From Perkinsus olseni (lineage: Eukaryota): a stretch of 55,998 nucleotides of DNA. The position numbers and the translations under genes were made by a program. Shown here in pieces: positions 35,981-48,299 of this stretch. How positions within the stretch are numbered: position 1 is the first letter of the stretch; every line of letters begins with the position of its first letter. The notes beneath the pieces are model-generated. The model saw only the letters and a program-made list of their open reading frames with translations, had not been told where the DNA came from and made no database searches. Where the stretch lies: the NCBI GenBank assembly GCA_013115125.1, contig JABANN010000181.1:1-55998 (forward strand), read 5' to 3'.

Positions 35981-37817
35981 CTAATTGGTGTAGCGATCAC
36001 AGGCCTTCACCAGCAAGTCTTGAAGGGGCCCGAGCAGTCTCTTGAAGCTCCGTCTGCAAGGCAACGCTGATAGGAACAGCAGCAGGGGCTCCCTCACCTG
36101 TCTAAGGCGAGGAGTTTGGCGTCGGTCTTGGCCCTGACACTGGCCGCTCTAGGCTCCCCACGGAGCAGGGCAAGCTCGCCGAAGTAGTCACCAGAGTCGT
36201 AGCTCATGACCTGAGCTCGAGTGCAGAGCCGACAGAAGGAGATGTTCCTTACAACTTCCTGCTCTCCTCCATCACGCTCCTTCAAGGCTTCACAAGCACC
36301 CTCCTCAATAACGTAGAAGGTGTCACCAGGCTCACCTGAGGAGCTCCCATACCGACACAACTGCACGAAAGGGGAACTCCCTTCCATCACGCAAGACTGC
36401 CAACAGTGGCTTCGGGAGCTCAAAATGACATCACTCGGAATCGAAGGAAGGAAGGAAGGAGAGGATGCGGCCTTACCCTGTGTGACAACCATTTCCCCAG
36501 CGGCAACAGAGACCGGCTTGAGGGCGTCAGCTATCTGACCCCTCTCGTAGGCATCCATGGAGGCCAGCAGCGGCACGGACTTCAAAAACGATTCGTAGCG
36601 CTCACGCTTGTGGGCCGCGGCATCCTGAGGGACAAAGCAACGATCAGGATGGACATCAGCGATGGGAGCATCGGATCCGTGCAGCCTACTACTACCTTGA
36701 CGATGTGATTGAAGGTCTCCCTGTCCAGCCTCAGCAGACGACAGTCAGTCTTGGCCTCGATGGAGGCAGCGCGAGGGCAGTTGTAGAGCAGGGCGAGCTC
36801 ACCGAAGACGTCACCGACCTCGCACACTTTGAGCATCTTCTCTTCCTCATCACCCTGACCAAACCACATGCCAGCGAGGATGCTGGCCATGGCGACTCAC
36901 CGGGAATTTCTTGTAGACCTCGAGCTCGCCGCTCTCTACGACGAATAGGAAGTCCCCATCATCGCCTTGGTTGATGACACGCTCCTTGGCGCTGACAGTC
37001 TCCTACGAGACATACTCGTAGAACTTCAGTTGGTCAAGAACGTAAGCTCACTTCCTTCATGGCGTCAACGACAATAGCAAAGTCGTTGTTTTCCAAGGCA
37101 GCGAAGAGGAAGGACTTAGAGAGCACCTCCTTGATTCTGACAACATCCAGGACAGCCTCCACTCAACAGCTGGCGGCCGTCGAAGCCTACCTAGCCTTCT
37201 GCTCATCCCCCTTGGGGTAGACAGGGGGCGTGAACTCCTTCTTGACGTTCCAGGCACCATAGGCCTCCGCGCTGACCTAAAAAGAGCAAGCTGCCGAGGG
37301 ACAGCTCATCGCTGAGGAGGGGTCCTACCGACGCCCGGGCCTTGCTGCGCTGCGCCTGACTCTGGACGAAGTTGTCGGGAAGCTCGTCAACGTAATCATC
37401 ATCATCCTCGTCTTCGGAGTCTACCACGGAGTCGTTATCCTGAGCAAGGCGGCGTTCCTGATCACGAGTTCGGGGATTTACGGTACGCCATCAGTGGTCC
37501 CCTGAGCGTCGCCGCCGCCGTGCTTGAGCATCTCACGGAGACTGTTGATTTCCTTCTTGAGCTGATCGTTCTCGGCCTGTAGGGAGTCCGCGGGGGCCTC
37601 CTTAGAGCCGCTTGACTTATTCTCGCGGAGGTACCTGGGAACAGAGCTCACCGGAAAAGGAGGCAGGGGAGGTCGGGCACTTGATCATGAATTCAACAGG
37701 GTCGTTGGGCATCTCAGTGAGGCACTCGGTGACCATGTCCTCTAGGAGCGGGTTGAGCTTCTGGATGATGTAGGTCTTCTTGGCCTCGGGGATCCGTAGG
37801 GAGTCGAGAGAGCTCAT
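35981..37817 (-). CDS. PKAR: cAMP-dependent protein kinase regulatory subunit, multi-exon
   Basis: Two cNMP phosphate-binding cassettes, [15 protein letters not shown] and [15 protein letters not shown]. Inhibitor site RASVSAEAYG and an N-terminal docking-like helix pair. Confidence 0.95.
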
Positions 37818-38101
37818 CAAAAAAACTAGTCGACTGCGAGGAAGGGTTGATAGGCTCGATCGAGGAGCCAATATTGAAACCCAGAATTGATCCTGAAGCC
37901 TCACTTTACGTGCAAAAAATCACTTTCAGGATTGACCCAGAGTGCCAGAATGCCTCTTTTGGACGGGGGCACCGTCGGGGGGCGTAGCAAGACTAGAAGT
38001 AGCGTAACACGACGCCGAACGAACAAGGGAAGAGATAAGCGGAAAAAGGTAGCCGACTCCACGGCCACAGTCAGACCTAACCGCAGGGAAAGTGACAGGG
38101 A

Positions 38102-38933
38102 ATGGTAGAGCAGGAGGCCTCCACGACTGCGGCTCCCCACGGCAAGCGGCTTCACACGAGGTACGAGCGTCTAAGCTCCTCCGACCGCACGAAGACCCGT
38201 CCCTTCACTTCCAGGATCACAGAGGCCTGCTGCGGCTGACTTAGGTCAGTTCAGTTATGGTCCTGAGGAAAGGTGCATGCTGAAGGGGGGAGAGACCCGT
38301 GGTGACACACCGGCCTTTGGAGAAGAAGAAAGACGCAGAGCGAGACAATCTTGAGCCGACGCGACAACGCATAATCGTTCTTCGATTAAGTGGGCTAAAA
38401 CGTCGTAAGGTATTTTTTCCGAAATAATCGCTGTTAAAGGCGACGCTCTTTCATGACATCCACGACAAAGAATTGCCAGCTGCGAAGGGTAGAGGAAGAA
38501 CTCACAAGAGCCGGGTAAGGCTAAGTTATGGAAGATTGACTAAGGGTGGTGCTCCACCCGCCCGACCCATTTTGAATCTTGCCATGATCGACCTCGGATC
38601 TTCTCGATTCGTCGGTGCTCAGGTGGAATGTGAGCTCTACTGGAGCATTGAAGTTCGGATGCCACTTCCTCCTCTATGCTGGTGATAAGAACGACGTCCA
38701 TTCTCAATATGGAGTTGTCGTCAGCGACGCAGAGGACCCCATAGACTACCTCGAGGTGGCCACATGGGAGGCAGTCGAGAAGCTCCAGCGTCTCCATTGG
38801 TCAGGTCATAGGCCTTACACGCCTCTGCCATTCAGTTGGGAAGGATCTCTTAGTCGCGGAAGTGGGCACGGTGGGAGATGGCCGCTCGATTCGGTGGACC
38901 TCTCTGTCACGGTGGAAGCCTCATATCGCGTGA
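38102..38933 (+). CDS. tRNA-splicing endonuclease catalytic subunit (Sen2/Sen34 type), multi-exon; start uncertain
   Basis: Spliced reading ELTRAG|WNVSSTGALKFGCHFLLYAGDKNDVHSQY...DYLE|VIGLTRLCHSVGKDLLVA...LSRWKP retains the Tyr/His/Lys catalytic positions. Confidence 0.85.
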
Positions 38934-39030
38934 AAAGTTTCATAATTTTATGCGATTTTGATTCTAGTGTTGACCAGGGGCGTCGGGTAAAATTTTGTGG
39001 CGATTTTTCAGCCTTATCCCCATTGAAAGT

Positions 39031-41362
39031 ATGTTCTCGGGTCCTCCAGGGGGGAAGGGCTTCGGCGGGAAGGGCGCTGGTTTTCCGGGCGGTAAAGGCT
39101 TCGGCCCGCCCCCTCCAATGCCGCCGATGCCGCCCATGCCAGGTAGTTGGGGTAAAGGCAAAGGCATGCCCGAGTGGGGTCCAATGTGGGCCGGCAAGGG
39201 TAGTGGTAAGGGAAAGGGGGGCTTCGACCATCCTCCGCTCCGTGGTGGTAATTGGAGCCCTCCGCCTGGGGGTCGCCATGGCCCTCCCGGGATGCCGCCA
39301 GATCTAGGGCCACCCCCATCGGGTATGATGATGCCCCCACCCCTTCCCTCCCAAGGCCCTCCCATGATGGGAGCTCAACGCCCACCAATGATGGGTATGC
39401 CGCCCATGCCTGGTGGCGCCCCTCCTGTGCCGCCGGCGATGCCGATACCGCCTGTCCGACCGAATATAGTGCCCTCGGAAGGGACCATGCACGGGCGCTC
39501 TACCGCGGGCTCGAGGAGACCTGCGTACAAGCCGGGGACGAGTGGGGTCCGACGAGGCCTTCTGTTTGCCTTCCATCTTGATCCTAGGGCGGACAAGGAG
39601 CTGCTGGATGAGATGTTCAGAGTGGCTGCGGCACCTGCTGATGATGAGAAGCAAAATACGTCAATTACAGCGGAGCGACAAGAGGCGATTGATAAGATTA
39701 ACGATCAATTTATACAGCTTTGGCGAGTCCCCGGAGAGACCTTCGCCATCGCCGAGTACCGGTCCTGCGGGGCGGCGTTCAAGGCTCAGCGGGCTCTCAC
39801 TGGGATAAGGCTTTTCGGTCGGGAGATCTATGCTAGGGTGGACAGGAGAACGCAGGACATGATGCATCATTGGAGGGGTGTCAGGGGCAGAGAGGTTGCT
39901 AATAGGATTGCCAAGGAGGGGTATGAGGTGCCTAGCAACTTGATGGACTTAGTGGATGATGAGATCTATCAATTGGTAGTAGTTGGGCACAGGGAGTATA
40001 CCTACGATTTCCGTCGCTTTACGACAAATGTGGTAGAATTGTAAATGAAGAACCCTTAAAATCACAGTGCGGCACGCTGTCCTACGTATGTGGGTTCTAT
40101 CTTTTCTATCCAATGCGAGTAATGAATTTTCTGAGCCTGAGGTCTGAGTGTGATAAATCTATCGGCGCAATCCTACTCAGACTGTGTCCCAGAGTATTCG
40201 ACCGTTTATGCCAGTGCTTACCATGGCGCGCTTTACCGTCGAAATTTAATGCTACCCATACACCATCAACCTGTTCACTGCCTTCTCAGGTTAATCGCGC
40301 GAAGGGTATACTATCGGACATAGCTCGGGCTGGGGAGGCCAGAATACAGTCTGAGAAATCCCAGGCCAACGCCAGGGGTGCCGAGAACTGGAAGGGCTCC
40401 CTGGCTAAGAGGGAGGAGAAGCGCATAGAGACGGTGTTGCTGGGGAAGGCTGAGCAACAAGAGAAGTTGTCCAAAAACCAGCAGCAGCTTGCTGATGTAC
40501 TGAGGGAGCGTGCCCTGAGTGAGGGTGGTGTGGGTTAGTGTTGGCTCTGTGGCAGGTGCAAGCGCAGTATCTCGAGGCCCGAGCTGCAGCTGATAAGGTT
40601 GATCGGGAAGCGGAGAAACGTGAAAAGCATGAGAGGAAACGACGAAAGAGGGAGCACAAGAGTCGTAGTACAATGAGCATCCATGAGCTCATATCTTTGG
40701 TAATGTATCTTGCATGGTTCGACCTTGGATATTGCGTATCTTTGCTGTGCGGCAGGTCCCGAGTGAACGTTCGGATATCTATCGTCATCCGATTGACTGG
40801 GACTACGTGCTGAGTCAGTCCACGACGGTCCAGCAGACTCTATGGACGTGGGTCCGCAGGCAGGTAGTACATCCTTCCTAGCGGTATCTTGACGACGCCC
40901 GTGTCATATACGAGGTCGAAAGATACTCCCGGTGTAGCTCCAAGATACGCGTGAGATTTGAATCGGGTTTTTGGGCTTAGGTGTCGTTGTGGTTGGGCAG
41001 TCCCGACAGGGAACTAACCGACTGGATCATGAGGATGATCAATCGGCGAACTGAAGCCCCTGACTTGACTAGAGAGGTACTAGTTCGGGTATCTTAGGTT
41101 CACTCTTGCACTTCTCATGACAAGGGTCGGCATAGTAGTGCATACCCTAGCGCGTATCTTCGAACTAGTTGGCTTGTGATAATGATCCCGAGTTCGATCC
41201 CCCCTCCCAACATGTCGTTCCCTTCAGCTCCGACTTGTCGTGGATGAGGAGGCTGATGCCTTCGTCGAGCAGCTCTATCGGATATTAGTTTGCGAGACTC
41301 TGCGCAAACAGTACTACCTTCGGGAAGGGGCGGGTCTCAGCTCGTCAATTTTCGAGCGCTAG
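39031..41362 (+). CDS. RBM25/Snu71-like splicing factor (Pro/Gly-rich, RRM, charged region, PWI), multi-exon
   Basis: RRM-like TFAIAEY...RALTGIRLFGREIYARVD. PWI-like IYRHPIDWDY...LWTWVRRQ...LTDWIM...VVDEEADAFVEQLYRILV. Confidence 0.8.
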
Positions 41363-41769
41363 AATTTCCAACGCGCCCCTCTGAATAAGGAAGTCGGGTC
41401 AGTGTTGCCTGCCAGTCTAAGTTCGCAAGCTCCCTCAGTAATTTGGTGTTGCTCGCTCAGGTACTGTCCGAATGCTAAAGATTCCCACCAGAGTTGGGTT
41501 CCGCTTACGGACCGAGTGGGTGCAGCGGAAGGAGATGAGAGTGACTCTGATGAGGAACTCGTGGATGAACCTCGATCGTCACCGAATGATGTGGAAATGA
41601 GCGCTGCGCCATAAAAATACGGTGTACCCCCACTGAATACTATAGCTTTCCGCAGCCCTTTGCTGTTGAGCCCGGGAGGAACCCACTAGGTGGTGGATAA
41701 CAGATCGTCTTTCTCAGCCTTTAAATTGGTCGGATCTCTGTTTCCGTCGTCACTATTAACGATTGTAAC

Positions 41770-43745
41770 ATGGAGTATGGTCAGTCGGCTGCCGTCATGC
41801 AAAGAGAGCGCGTGGATACCGCCCTCTCGGAGGTGGCGGACACGTGCCAGAGCCTGCCCGAGCCCGACGCTCAGCCGGTATGCTGTGAGGTGCCTCGGAG
41901 GAGTAGGAACGCAGCCTCTTCGCTGAAGGGCCATTTGGGAGCTTCGACTGTTGGAAGCTTCGATACTATGTCGAGTTACTCGGTACGAAGGGGCCTGTCA
42001 TCGATGCTGTGGTGTTACGGTTTTTCCATCAGTTTTTCGACAACGATTGCCCCAGTGCAACTCCGTTTGCCGGGTTGAGAATGGGCGGATATCTCGAGGA
42101 CATCGGAAGAGAGGTGCCACCGGAGTTTTACCTCTGGGGGTCTTCTCATCAGATTCCACTCGAAGAAGGGAAGAGGTGGAAGAACGTAAAAACCTTCGCT
42201 GTGCGCTCTGGACTTGGTGCAAGGGGTATCTTTAGGGCGAAGATTCTTGTTTCGTCAGCCCCGTTGGGGCAGGAGTAGCCGACGGTGTCGGCGAATGGGG
42301 CGAAGTACTGAAGGTCAATCCGAAAAGATTCGCCGACGAATTAATGGCAAATGCGGAGAATTTGCTGTCTCGAGATGAGGAGGAAGATGACGACTCGTAC
42401 GGAGGAGATAGACATTGCTTAGTTCATGACGGTGGCGAGGTTCATCGTTCTGGCAGGTCCCCTAGTTCCCGCGCAGCTCGTGTCTTGACGGAAGCTCATC
42501 AGCGGACCAAGTCTTATGGGAGCTCCACTGGCTTAGTTGCTGTCGTTGAGGGATCCCAGCTTGGTATTGCCAACGTTGGTGACAGCGTCGCCATGGTCTT
42601 CAGACGAGAGAAAGAGGGTATGTAGTAACTCACCGAAGGCTACTTCCCTCGTTGCAGTACTTCCTTCGCATCTCGAATCAACTGTATTTAAACGAAATAT
42701 TGGTTTGCCCTCATCGTATCCGTAGGTGCTTTACAATACGGTTAGCAGCTTGACGAGAAGAGGTGTATCCTGCTGATTTAGCGGGATCCACCTCTTGTCG
42801 CTCAACAGCGTTGAATAGTGAAAGCGAACGATTAGCTCTATTAACGATAACTAGTTACGCTCAGTATTCGATACAAGTTTTCTATAGCCTGCGTAGTAGC
42901 GACTTGTTCATGGAGTGCTTTACAGAATTTCTACAGTGATTATAAATTACGAAGTTCTCATAGAGCGCATGCGCTTGAATTTGTGACTACTGAAGTTTGG
43001 TTGCTCAGGTGAAGACAGAGAAGCGGTTTTGTGGACGACTGAAAACCAGCACACTTTCAATATGCCCTACCAGCTCAGTCGTGTTCCGGAGGCCAAAGAG
43101 TGTGATACACTGGCCGAGAAATTCCCGGAGCTCGTCCGAGCCGTGAGGAACAAGGCCGGCTGCACAGCGGTGAATTCGAGAGAAGATGGAGTAGGGCGCC
43201 CTGCAGCAGATAGGTTCAGGTTGGAAGTGCTCTTGTCAGGTATCTTGCGAGAGGTGCGACCTCCGCGAAGGTGATCTCGTCGTCCTCTGCACTGATGGCG
43301 TGACGGATAACCTCTGGCCGAGCAGAATCAGCAGCATCTTGTCCGAGGCTGTATCGCCTGTGGAGGCCCGTCGTATGGGCTGCACACCGACGGCACCGGA
43401 GGAAGTAGCGTCAGCCTTGACCGGCGAGGCCCTCGAGAAGAGCAAGATGACCAGGAGGTTAGCTTTGCTCCTTGAGGGGGTTCCTTCCTAGGACGTCCGA
43501 AGTGTCTGGACTTGTCGTTGATGTGCAGATACAAAAGCCCTTTTGCAGCGGCTTTCCGTGCCCATTACGGCACCTTCTACTCTGGCGGCAAGAGAGATGA
43601 TATTACTGCGGTCGCCGCCTGGGTCGTGTGCTCCGTCCCCTCTAGCCCTTCTGACGAGAGCGCTGCTTCGGTGGAGCGGCGTGGCACCTTCGACAGCTTT
43701 ACGACGTCTAAGTCGAGCGACAGCCTCGGAACATGCTTACCCTAA
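41770..43745 (+). CDS. PP2C phosphatase, PTC7 family, multi-exon; start uncertain
   Basis: GEDSCF, GVADGVGEW, GSST, ANVGDS, QHTFNMPYQL, GDLVVLCTDGVTDNL, SPF...GGKRDDITAV. Confidence 0.9.
42750..42805 (+). repeat. Intronic hairpin
   Basis: aagaggtgtatcctgct-gattt-agcgggatccacctctt forms a stem, extended by cga/tcg and ttga/tcaa. Confidence 0.75.
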
Positions 43746-44898
43746 GACTCGGAGATTATCACCTTTATTTCATTCCTTTGATACATTGTCTCATGGACTC
43801 AGTGTACCATTTTTGGGGGCCCTTAGAGCCCACAACAACAACTAGGAGGAGGGCATGGGTGATTTCCGTGCCTGCCTTAGTTCGGGACTGCGCTCCCTCG
43901 TCATCATAATTCCACTCTCCCTGTGGTGGCCCTATGACCCCAGTTTCCTGCAGTAGAGAATGCGGATATTCTCTTATTAGCATATGGTAGAATGATCGTG
44001 TAGGCTTGCTTGCTTGGCATTGACGATACCTGTACCAGTAGCTGCTTAGTTAATAAAGATGACTATTCAGTAGTCCTTTACTGCCTTTGCCACTACTAAG
44101 TGACAGCTGTCTCCCGCTTGCTGAGGGCTATCATTCGCTGTATTACTAGTACTACTACTTTATCACAACCTCTACGACTTCTGCTGCTTTGCTTCTGTAT
44201 CATCATCATCGTCGTCGTTATTAGGATTTCTAATGAAGATCCGAAGGACATCTCAAGTGCTGTCGCCGTCGCTGCTGCTTTCCTTTTATTTTTCTACCGG
44301 TCCTCCTTCCTCTAACCACTACCAAACCGTCTGCTCGCCCGTCACGTTTCACGCTCATCAGCATGATTCGCTGTACTATATTATAGCGTCGCTTTCTCTT
44401 ACTCTATATTCTCATTCTACTTTTTCTCACAGACTCTGCGCTCTCCGGAGCAAAGTGAGCGGCCGAGCAGTGACGAGTCCTCCACCGGATATCAGAATCC
44501 ATTTTGTCCCACCTGCCACCAGTCGTCACAGTTGCCGAAGTCCTTGCTGGAGAGGCCGCAGCAAGAGTCTCAATTTTGTCGTCACATTACAGCGAGTGCC
44601 GTGCACCTGACGATGCCGTCGTGGTCGGAGCGCTAACGCCGAAGCTGTCACTTATTGAACCATTTCGTGGTAGAAGAAGAAGAAGCAGCAGCAGCAATCG
44701 CTTTTTCCTATAGCAGCACTTAGAGGCCTTGGCGGCTACTTGTATTGGGTATTGTCCCAAGCCGAATCTGTTCTGAGTCCTCCGTTATGGCGTTGAGTAC
44801 TTCAATTTACCCGGGCGGTGACGGTATGGTTCGCGTCTTCTACTCGGGGCAGCATGCGCGAGTCTAATCTCAGCGGCAATTCCCAGTCTTTTTGACGC

Positions 44899-46218
44899 AT
44901 GCCGACCGATCCCACCTTCAAGTCAAGCGCTGGCGTACGCTTCCGGCGAGCTTTCGACTACACAGCTACAGGCTTCTGCGTCGCTTTCAACGCCTTCCTC
45001 TTCGTCTGGGGTGCAGGGAGCGTTGCCACTAGTAAGGTGTCTCTTCGTCAGCCTCGGTCCCTGTCGTCGCATGGTGGCTCTCCTGTTTGCAGGTATATGG
45101 AGCCTGTTACAGCACAGTTATCTAGGCTCGGTGCTGTCGATATTTCTCGCGCTCCTCTTCAACCTCCTCATGATCGCCACGTCTATTTACGGTTGTCGGG
45201 CGCTTGGTAGCAAGGGTCTCTCGAAGCAAATACGGTAAGGGGAGCTGACTTACCTAGTGTCAGGACTTACCATTTTCTAGGTACATGTGCATGGCAGTCA
45301 TTCTGTTGGTGCTCTTCTCAATCCTTCTAGCGAGCCAGTCTACTGACTACATAGCCACGCAAGCCATTAAACGCGACGGCGCCAACGCCTATGACAAGCA
45401 GATGGAGACTTCCGAGTACGACGTCCTGCACGACTACAGAAGATCGTAGGGCCCACTAAATGCGATTACGCGCGCTCGATATCGGCCCGGTCCCCTTAGG
45501 TTTTTTGGAGCCTGGGAGACGGCGAACTGCTCTGGCGGGAACTGTTCAGTTAACGGGTGAGGACGATGTGGTTTCTGTCTCGGATTTCAGTAGCGCTGGC
45601 GCTTCCAACACTTCAGGTGCCTCGAAGATCCTGTCCGCTTCGAACCTGTCTCGTGCACCGAGGACTCGAGTTTAGCAGCGCAGATCACTGCAGACGGGCG
45701 GAGGTAGCGGCTTGTGGCTTCGTTCTTTGTTGTTGCGTTCAACGCTCATTTCTCCAGGTATAACCATTCACACGAATATTTCCTTTGGTGCTACGCGGAC
45801 CAGGGAGTTCGGGCCCGGAGCGTCGATCTTGCTGAGGGGATGGTCAACTCCCTTTGCTGTACGGTGACGAGGTCCCTCTGACCTCTGGGAACTCCGCCAA
45901 GCTGGGGTCTCAATTTTGGTATCGCGAACCTGCGTGTGGCTGCTTGCAGATACGAGAGAGTTCGCCATATCCTCTTCGAGCACCGACTCCCTCGTGGTGA
46001 TGATTCTCCTAGCAGTGGCCATAGGCTCTATGATATTGGTAGGTTGGTCGCCGAAGCAGAGACAGTCTATCGGTTGCCTTCAGGCCGTGATCTCGGTCAT
46101 TGTTCTCGTCTCACGGCCGCATACGTGGCAAGACGACGACTTCCGTTTCGTGTCCGACGAGGAGATGTTTCACAAGGCATCAGCATCAGCGGAACCTCGC
46201 CCCTTTACGGTCGAGTGA
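44899..46218 (+). CDS. Four-TM tetraspanin-like membrane protein, paralogue 1, multi-exon
   Basis: Three N-terminal hydrophobic helices with YGC after TM2, a Cys-containing large loop, TM4, then the tail VSRPHTWQDDD. Confidence 0.65.
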
Positions 46219-46515
46219 CCATCGCCCTTCATCGTTAAGCCTTCGCGTTTTCTACTATACCCTTCTGTTTGTATAATGACAATTATTTGCACCTTAACAG
46301 CCCGCAATTCGGTTTCACCGCTGACACGTACAGCCTAGAGCTCAGCTGGTTGACGAATCTCAGCGTGGCAATCAGGGAAAGTTGGTCAACACTGATATTG
46401 TACAACGCGATAGGCCGTGCACCTCTCCGCCACGCGGCCTGAGTGGGTTCGGCACTACTGGAGCAGCGCAACGCGAGTGAGCAGGAATTTTATCAAGTGT
46501 TTCTTGGTTGTTCAC

Positions 46516-48010
46516 ATGAGCCAGCCCAAAACAAGGACCTTCCCGAATCGCCGAGCACAAGCCCGACACTGGTTCGAGTTGATTGCTAAGATCCTCTGCA
46601 TATCCTTCAACGGTGCCCTACTCTTCTTCGGCGTCGCCTCTCTCATAGTCAGTAGGCCGGGGCTGAGCACCCGACTGAGACGGGTGGTTGTTGATCCTGT
46701 TTGCCAGGTACGTGGCGGCTCTACACTCACGACTTAGTGGACGGTGCTATCGTGCTTTTCATCAACATCGTCTTCGCTATGTTCGTAGTGGCCATATCGC
46801 TCTACGGGTGTAGGGTCATAGGCGGCAGTAACGTCAACCGCCAGATACGGTAAGGGGGAGGCGTCCTACTGGCAACACGCCCACCTACTTCCCCGTTCCA
46901 CGATCTGCGGTTTGCCAATGGCGATAGCTATGGCATTGTATTATGTGGATCGTAGTTGAAGCTCTCTGCAGGGGATGGGCGCGGTGAGTATAATACCCTG
47001 AGCTGCATCGTTCTCGAATCAGGTACGGCTTCTACGCTTTCGTATTGTTCCTGATTAATGTCGGCCTCTTGTGGCACTATGTGATTTACAAGAAGGCCTT
47101 TAAGAACATCACGGAGAATGGTGCCAATGCCTACGACGACCCGGCGGACGGCAAGGAGAACAGCCTCCTCGATTCGTTCCGCAGCTCGTAGGCTACCAGC
47201 TGCAGTCAGGGACGGCAGCAGATTCTTCCCGTTGTCAGGTTCTATGGGTATTGGAATGACGGAAACTGCACAGGAGGGGAGTGCTCCAGTGCTGGGTAAG
47301 GGCGGCGCATCTTATGGTAGCCGACCATTCTTCTGCGTGCGATGTCGATATCTTTCAGCTGTGTCGGCTCTCCCATCCCGTTCGAGCCTGTTGTGTGCGA
47401 GAGTGACGGTGGCTTCGGTCGTTCTGTGACGGACGCTGGGCTTAAGTGAGTGGACGGGTATGGGAGTCGCCCATCAGAGTCCCCATTGACTCGTGCCCCG
47501 GCCTTCTATCTTGTATCTTCGCCCTCTGTCCGTCACAGGTTCGCCTCAGGTACGATCGGACTACCGATTACCTCCTCGAGTGTGTGGACAATCAGGATAG
47601 GGCATCTGATGAGTCCGTCGGAATGGTCACTTCCCTCTGTTGTAAGCTCCGCCGGCCAACGCTTCAACAGCTCGGCTTCTTCGTAGATACACGCGAGGCC
47701 TGGGCAGCTGACCAGAAGGTCGACGCCATGTTCGGTATGATCATCACAGCGATCTTCGTAGCCTTCTTATTATTCGTAAGCGCAGCTCGGCCAGTTCGAA
47801 GCGACTTGGCTGCAACGCTGCTCCGCTCAGGTGCTCCTATCAATTGTCTTATTTGTGTCGAGGCCGCGGACTTGGCAAGACGACGACGTGCCTTTAGTGA
47901 AAGATTCGGAACTCGAACTGGCTGACCTGCCGCCATTGGAAGCAACGCCGCAGGAGAAGCAGGAGCAATCCAGCGTCCATCACCTGCTAGTTCCGCCTCC
48001 ACCAGTCTGA
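46516..48010 (+). CDS. Four-TM tetraspanin-like membrane protein, paralogue 2, multi-exon
   Basis: Same architecture and first intron positions as paralogue 1. Shared SLYGCR...QIR, GANAYD, NC(S/T)GG, FEPV.C, GMV.SLC, DTRE and VSRP.TWQDDD. Confidence 0.65.
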
Positions 48011-48299
48011 TGCTTATTTTTTATGATTCTAATGCTCGATAGCCCGACTGCTTCAAGCCTACTCTAAATTGTCTCCCCTGCAAGGATTGAGTCGTGTTGT
48101 GAACGTGTCAATTATTTCCCTGCGGGTGGTGGAGAGTTTCGAAGCTACTGCCGCTAGGCCATAGCCTCAGACCGCTATGGACCATTTGTTCGTGGTTGAG
48201 CTTGAACCCACGCGCCCTTGATGTCACTGAGCAACGTGCAGAGGCAGGAAGCCGCCGGCCTTCTCTTGGACCATTCTCATAAGAGACTCCTCAAGCCGC

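Noticed and set aside
13209-37817. Apparent stops and frame changes suggesting pseudogenes or an alternative genetic code
   Set aside because: The junctions checked resolve as in-phase GT-AG introns under the standard code.
43765-44890. Gene or ncRNA in the 1.1-kb spacer after PTC7
   Set aside because: Low-complexity, pyrimidine-rich UTR-like sequence with no supportable ORF or structure.
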